A model generated the notes under the pieces. That model ran no database searches. It was not told where the DNA came from and saw only the letters and a program-made list of their open reading frames with translations. Below are positions 46,820 to 50,165 of a DNA stretch of 50,165 nucleotides, piece by piece (position 1 is the stretch's first letter; the number at the start of each line of letters is the position of its first letter). The position numbers and the translations under genes were made by a program. Source of the stretch: an uncultured Actinomycetes bacterium (GTDB lineage: Bacteria > Actinomycetota > Actinomycetes > Nanopelagicales > Nanopelagicaceae); the NCBI GenBank assembly GCA_903897155.1, contig CAIUAO010000049.1, positions 1 through 50,165 of the forward strand, written 5' to 3'.

Positions 46820-48988
46820 CTAATTGTTTGTGATGCGATAAACGTCATAAACGCCCTCAACCATACGAACCGATGAAAGAACTGCATCTAGGTGCAGTGC
46901 ATCTGCCATCTCAAAGGTAAAGCGAGAGATTGCCGTGCGATCTTTAGAAGTGCTCACCGCAGCATTTAATATATTTACGTGTTGATCTGAGAGTGTTCTA
47001 GTCAGATCAGAAAGAAGCCCTGCTCGGTCAAGTGCCTCTACTTGAATATTCACGAGGAACAATGTCTTTGCCGTGACATTCCACTTCACCTTAACAATGC
47101 GATCGCCCTGAGTGAGCTTTAAATCAGTCACATTGATGCAATCAATGCGGTGGACACTGACACCGCTACCCCGAGTGACAAAGCCTGTGATCTCATCACC
47201 AGGAACTGGTGTGCAGCAGCGTGCCAACTTAACTAGGACTGAGTCAACGCCCTCAACATCAACTCCTGATGAGCTGCGTCCCCCAGATGGTCTATGAAAA
47301 TCAGGAATAAAGTGATCTTCATGCTCTTCTTCAGGTGCAAGTGTTGCGGCTAGTTTTTCGATAACTGATGCAGATGAAACATGCCCATTACCGACAGCGG
47401 CATACAAAGATTCAATATCATCAAAGTGCAGATCATGAGCTAATTCCAAAATTGCTTGTCCTGCAAATATCTTCTGTAGTGGCAATCCCAATTTGCGCAT
47501 CTGCCGCGCAATGGACTCTTGCCCAGCCTCTACTGCCTCTTCTTTTCTCTCTTTAGAAAACCACGCTTTGATCTTTGACCTTGCCCTGGGGGATTTAACA
47601 AAGTTCAACCAATCTCGGCTGGGCGCTGCGTTTTGACTCTTATTTGTAACAACTTCAACCACATCACCATTACTTAAGGCTGACTCCAACGGAACAAGCT
47701 TTCCGTTTACTTTTGCCCCAACACATCGCTCCCCTACTTGGGTATGTACAGCGTATGCAAAGTCCACAGGAGTGGAACCGGCAGGCAGCGCTATAACACT
47801 TCCCTTTGGGGTAAAGACAAAGACTTCAGGTGTGCGCAGGTCATAACGCAAAGTATCGAGAAAGTCGCCAACATCTTCAGTTTCTTGTTGCCATTCATGA
47901 AGCTGCTTGAGCCACATAACGCCAGGATCATTATCTGCTGTCTGCTTTCCTTTTACTTTATATTTCCAGTGAGCTGCAATACCAAATTCAGCACGTGCGT
48001 GCATATCTGAGGTTCTAATCTGAATTTCTACTGCTTTGCCAGTGGGACCAATCACTGTTGTATGCAGAGATTGATACAAGTTGAACTTTGGCATTGCTAT
48101 GTAATCTTTAAATCGGCCAGGAACCGGACTCCATCTAGCGTGAATAGCACCTAATACCGCGTAACAGTCGCGGACATCGTCAACGATTACTCGAACGCCA
48201 ACGAGGTCATAGATCTCATTAAATTCACGTCCACGAACAATCATTTTCTGAAAAACCGAGTAAAGATGCTTCTGTCTTGCCTTCACAGAGGCCTTAATTC
48301 CATCTGCTTCTAGATCTTTACGAATGAGCTTTGTGACCTCATCTGAGAACTTCTCACGCAGTGGTGCACGATCAGCAACTAAACGCTCGATCTCTTCATA
48401 CTTCTTAGGCTCTAAAACTTTAAAAGATAAATCTTCCAATTCCCACTTCATAGCGTTCATGCCAAGCCTGTGAGCAAGAGGTGCGTAGATATCGATTGTC
48501 TCGCGTGCTTTTCTTGCCGCGCTCTCTGGTTCGACATATTGCCAAGTTCGAGCATTATGCAGGCGGTCAGCCAGTTTTATAACAAGTACTCGTATGTCTT
48601 TTGACATAGCTACAACCATTTTGCGGAGTGTTTCTGCCTCAGCACTTGGACCATAAGTAAGTTTGTCGAGTTTAGTTACGCCATCGACTAATTGAGCAAC
48701 TTCATTTCCAAACTCGCTTTTAATAGTTTTTAGTGAGTACCCAGTGTCTTCTACTGTGTCATGGAGAAGGGCTGCAGTAATAGTTGCCTGGTCCATACCA
48801 AGATCAGCCAAAATTTGAGCAACAGCAACTGGGTGGGTGATATATGGTTCACCAGATTTACGAAACTGGCCATCATGAGCAGCAGATGCCGCTACAAAGG
48901 CACGTTCTAGTTCGACTTCTTTGTAGTCTGCAAGACTTTCAGACAGAGTTTTAGCAAGCGGGCTCAGCAGCGAATTCATTGAACTCAC
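46820..48988 (-). CDS. relA: Bifunctional (p)ppGpp synthetase/hydrolase Rel
   Basis: 722 aa with an HD hydrolase domain (HDTVEDT), a synthetase domain (YRSLHTTV-like QSLHTTVIG), and TGS and ACT-like C-terminal domains. The start is either GTG at 48988 or ATG at 48979; the latter has GGAAGGA 10 nt upstream. Confidence 0.95.
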   Translation of the reverse strand: MSSMNSLLSPLAKTLSESLADYKEVELERAFVAASAAHDGQFRKSGEPYITHPVAVAQILADLGMDQATITAALLHDTVEDTGYSLKTIKSEFGNEVAQLVDGVTKLDKLTYGPSAEAETLRKMVVAMSKDIRVLVIKLADRLHNARTWQYVEPESAARKARETIDIYAPLAHRLGMNAMKWELEDLSFKVLEPKKYEEIERLVADRAPLREKFSDEVTKLIRKDLEADGIKASVKARQKHLYSVFQKMIVRGREFNEIYDLVGVRVIVDDVRDCYAVLGAIHARWSPVPGRFKDYIAMPKFNLYQSLHTTVIGPTGKAVEIQIRTSDMHARAEFGIAAHWKYKVKGKQTADNDPGVMWLKQLHEWQQETEDVGDFLDTLRYDLRTPEVFVFTPKGSVIALPAGSTPVDFAYAVHTQVGERCVGAKVNGKLVPLESALSNGDVVEVVTNKSQNAAPSRDWLNFVKSPRARSKIKAWFSKERKEEAVEAGQESIARQMRKLGLPLQKIFAGQAILELAHDLHFDDIESLYAAVGNGHVSSASVIEKLAATLAPEEEHEDHFIPDFHRPSGGRSSSGVDVEGVDSVLVKLARCCTPVPGDEITGFVTRGSGVSVHRIDCINVTDLKLTQGDRIVKVKWNVTAKTLFLVNIQVEALDRAGLLSDLTRTLSDQHVNILNAAVSTSKDRTAISRFTFEMADALHLDAVLSSVRMVEGVYDVYRITNN

Positions 48989-49010
48989 TTCCTTCCCATG
49001 TCACACTAAA

Positions 49011-50111
49011 TTATCTACGGCGAGAACGTCGCTTTGGTTGATTACGAGGACCACGCTCGTGTCCCTCTTTGGAATGCGTAGAAGTCACGATGCCGGTGTA
49101 ATCCTTTTCGGCTTCATCAGATTGAACGCTATTTGTTCCCCCTACAGATACTCCGCGCTGGGCCACTCGCTTCGTAAGTGCCTTCATGGCAGGTTCGCGT
49201 TCACGCAACGTTGCCAAAATTGGAGTTGCTACGAAGATCGAAGAGTAGGTACCAGTAGTTAAGCCAATAAAGAGAGCAAGAGAAAGATCCTTGAGCGTTC
49301 CTGCCCCAAGAATTCCGGCACCGACAAAGAGGATTGATGCCACGGGCAAAAGCGCAATTAGTGATGTGTTAAACGAGCGAACGAGGGTCTGATTCACAGC
49401 CAGATTTGCTGCCTGAGAATAAGTCTGCTTTCCAGAGCTTGTAATTGTCCTTGTATTCTCGCGGACCTTATCGAAAACAACAACTGTGTCATAAAGTGAG
49501 TAACCCAAGATTGTTAAAAATCCAATAACAGTTGCAGGTGTAACATCAAAGCCAACGAGTGCGTAAATACCCACGGTAATAAAGACGTCATGCATAACTG
49601 CGATGATTGCAGCAGCAGCCATCTTCGGTTCGAAGGCAAGTGCCAGGTAAAGCATTACTACAAGCAAGAATCCGATCAGGGCTTGAATAGCCTTGTGAGT
49701 GATGTCCTTGCCCCACGAAGGCCCAATGCTCAGAACGTTAATATCGGCGACTTTCACATTGAAAGCCTTTGCAATCGAATTTTCAATCGCATCATTTTGG
49801 GCATTAGTAAGAGCGCCAGTAGTGATTCTGACCTTGTTTGTTCCAATCATCTGAACGATTGATTCAGATTTAATACCAGCATCGCTCACAGCTTTCTGGC
49901 CCTGAGAAACTGTTGATCCAGGGGCAGTTATTTGGAACTGTGAACCACCCTTAAATTCAATTCCGAGATGTAATCCTTGAATACCCAGTGAGACACCAGA
50001 CACGATCACTACAAGTAGTGAAAGCGCATACCAACGACGACGATTGCCAATAATATTAAATGACTTTTCACCGCGATAAAGGCGGCCACCCATTCCAGCA
50101 AGACGTGACAT
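49011..50111 (-). CDS. secF: Protein translocase subunit SecF
   Basis: 366 aa with IEFKGGS, six TM segments of the SecD/F family and a basic C-terminal tail. Its ATG overlaps the upstream stop (TAATG). Confidence 0.93.
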   Translation of the reverse strand: MSRLAGMGGRLYRGEKSFNIIGNRRRWYALSLLVVIVSGVSLGIQGLHLGIEFKGGSQFQITAPGSTVSQGQKAVSDAGIKSESIVQMIGTNKVRITTGALTNAQNDAIENSIAKAFNVKVADINVLSIGPSWGKDITHKAIQALIGFLLVVMLYLALAFEPKMAAAAIIAVMHDVFITVGIYALVGFDVTPATVIGFLTILGYSLYDTVVVFDKVRENTRTITSSGKQTYSQAANLAVNQTLVRSFNTSLIALLPVASILFVGAGILGAGTLKDLSLALFIGLTTGTYSSIFVATPILATLREREPAMKALTKRVAQRGVSVGGTNSVQSDEAEKDYTGIVTSTHSKEGHERGPRNQPKRRSRRR

Positions 50112-50165
50112 TAGATGACTTCCTTTCCTGCAGCTATACCCAGGCTTTTTGATGAGAATCCAGAG
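50111..50165 (-). CDS. secD: Protein translocase subunit SecD, extreme 3' end (fragment)
   Basis: The open frame ends in ...SGFSSKSLGIAAGKEVI-stop, and its TAA overlaps the secF ATG. The identity is inferred from the universally conserved secD-secF order. Only 17 codons are visible. Confidence 0.5.
   Translation of the reverse strand, partial: SGFSSKSLGIAAGKEVI

Noticed and set aside
1-50165. Searched for CRISPR arrays, IS elements or transposases, integrases, prophage genes, toxin-antitoxin pairs, restriction-modification genes or other defence genes, and rRNA genes
   Set aside because: I noticed no spaced direct-repeat arrays. Every ORF of meaningful length has a housekeeping or conserved-hypothetical assignment. 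The single tRNA is not flanked by an integrase or by obvious att-like repeats. I could not run a systematic repeat search, so short dispersed repeats may have been missed.

Overview
This 50.2 kb window is a very gene-dense stretch of core chromosome from an actinobacterium. The lineage call rests on the mycothiol ligase MshC, an mIHF-type nucleoid protein, the SCO1664/DUF3090/MSMEG_4193 trio and mycobacterium-like gene order. By eye the GC content is in the mid-40s percent (not computed), and together with the near absence of intergenic DNA this suggests a genome-streamlined lineage such as freshwater acI/Nanopelagicales. That assignment is inference only.

I call 53 protein-coding genes (two truncated at the window edges) and one tRNA-Leu(GAG). 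About 37 kb (8275-45301) is transcribed almost entirely from the minus strand.

Gene content, left to right:
- metH (5' part), mshC, and a coupled trio of unknown function
- aldo/keto reductase, M20 peptidase, tRNA-Leu, tdk, a Zn-dependent alcohol dehydrogenase
- DUF554 protein, uppP and an orphan ABC ATPase
- a split serB (ACT piece plus HAD piece), hisG and hisE
- rpe, rsmB, fmt, def
- priA, metK, coaBC, rpoZ, and a fused mIHF-gmk
- a complete Bacillus-style pyr operon: pyrR-pyrB-pyrC-carA-carB-pyrK-pyrD-pyrF
- nusB, efp, and aroQ-aroB-aroK-aroC
- a minimal prepilin peptidase, aroE, mltG, ruvX, alaS
- a DUF948 protein, aspS, hisS, an MBL-fold hydrolase, a DUF349 protein, rel, secF and the 3' end of secD

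I found no CRISPR array, transposase, integrase, phage gene, toxin-antitoxin pair or recognisable defence island. This looks like housekeeping DNA, and I do not claim a new 'system' here.

The observations most worth a second look are:
1. The uncharacterised kinase-like / DUF3090 / phosphatase-fold trio coupled to mshC.
2. An in-frame mIHF-guanylate kinase fusion.
3. A recurrent TANNNT-N6/7-start-codon arrangement at nine SD-less gene starts, which implies leaderless transcription units.
4. A PyrR-binding hairpin that sequesters the pyrR ribosome-binding site.
5. A stand-alone ACT domain translationally coupled to serB.
6. A PriA with no Walker A motif.
7. A perfect 8-1-8 palindrome upstream of the DUF349 gene.
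8. Convergent gene pairs whose stop codons touch or overlap.
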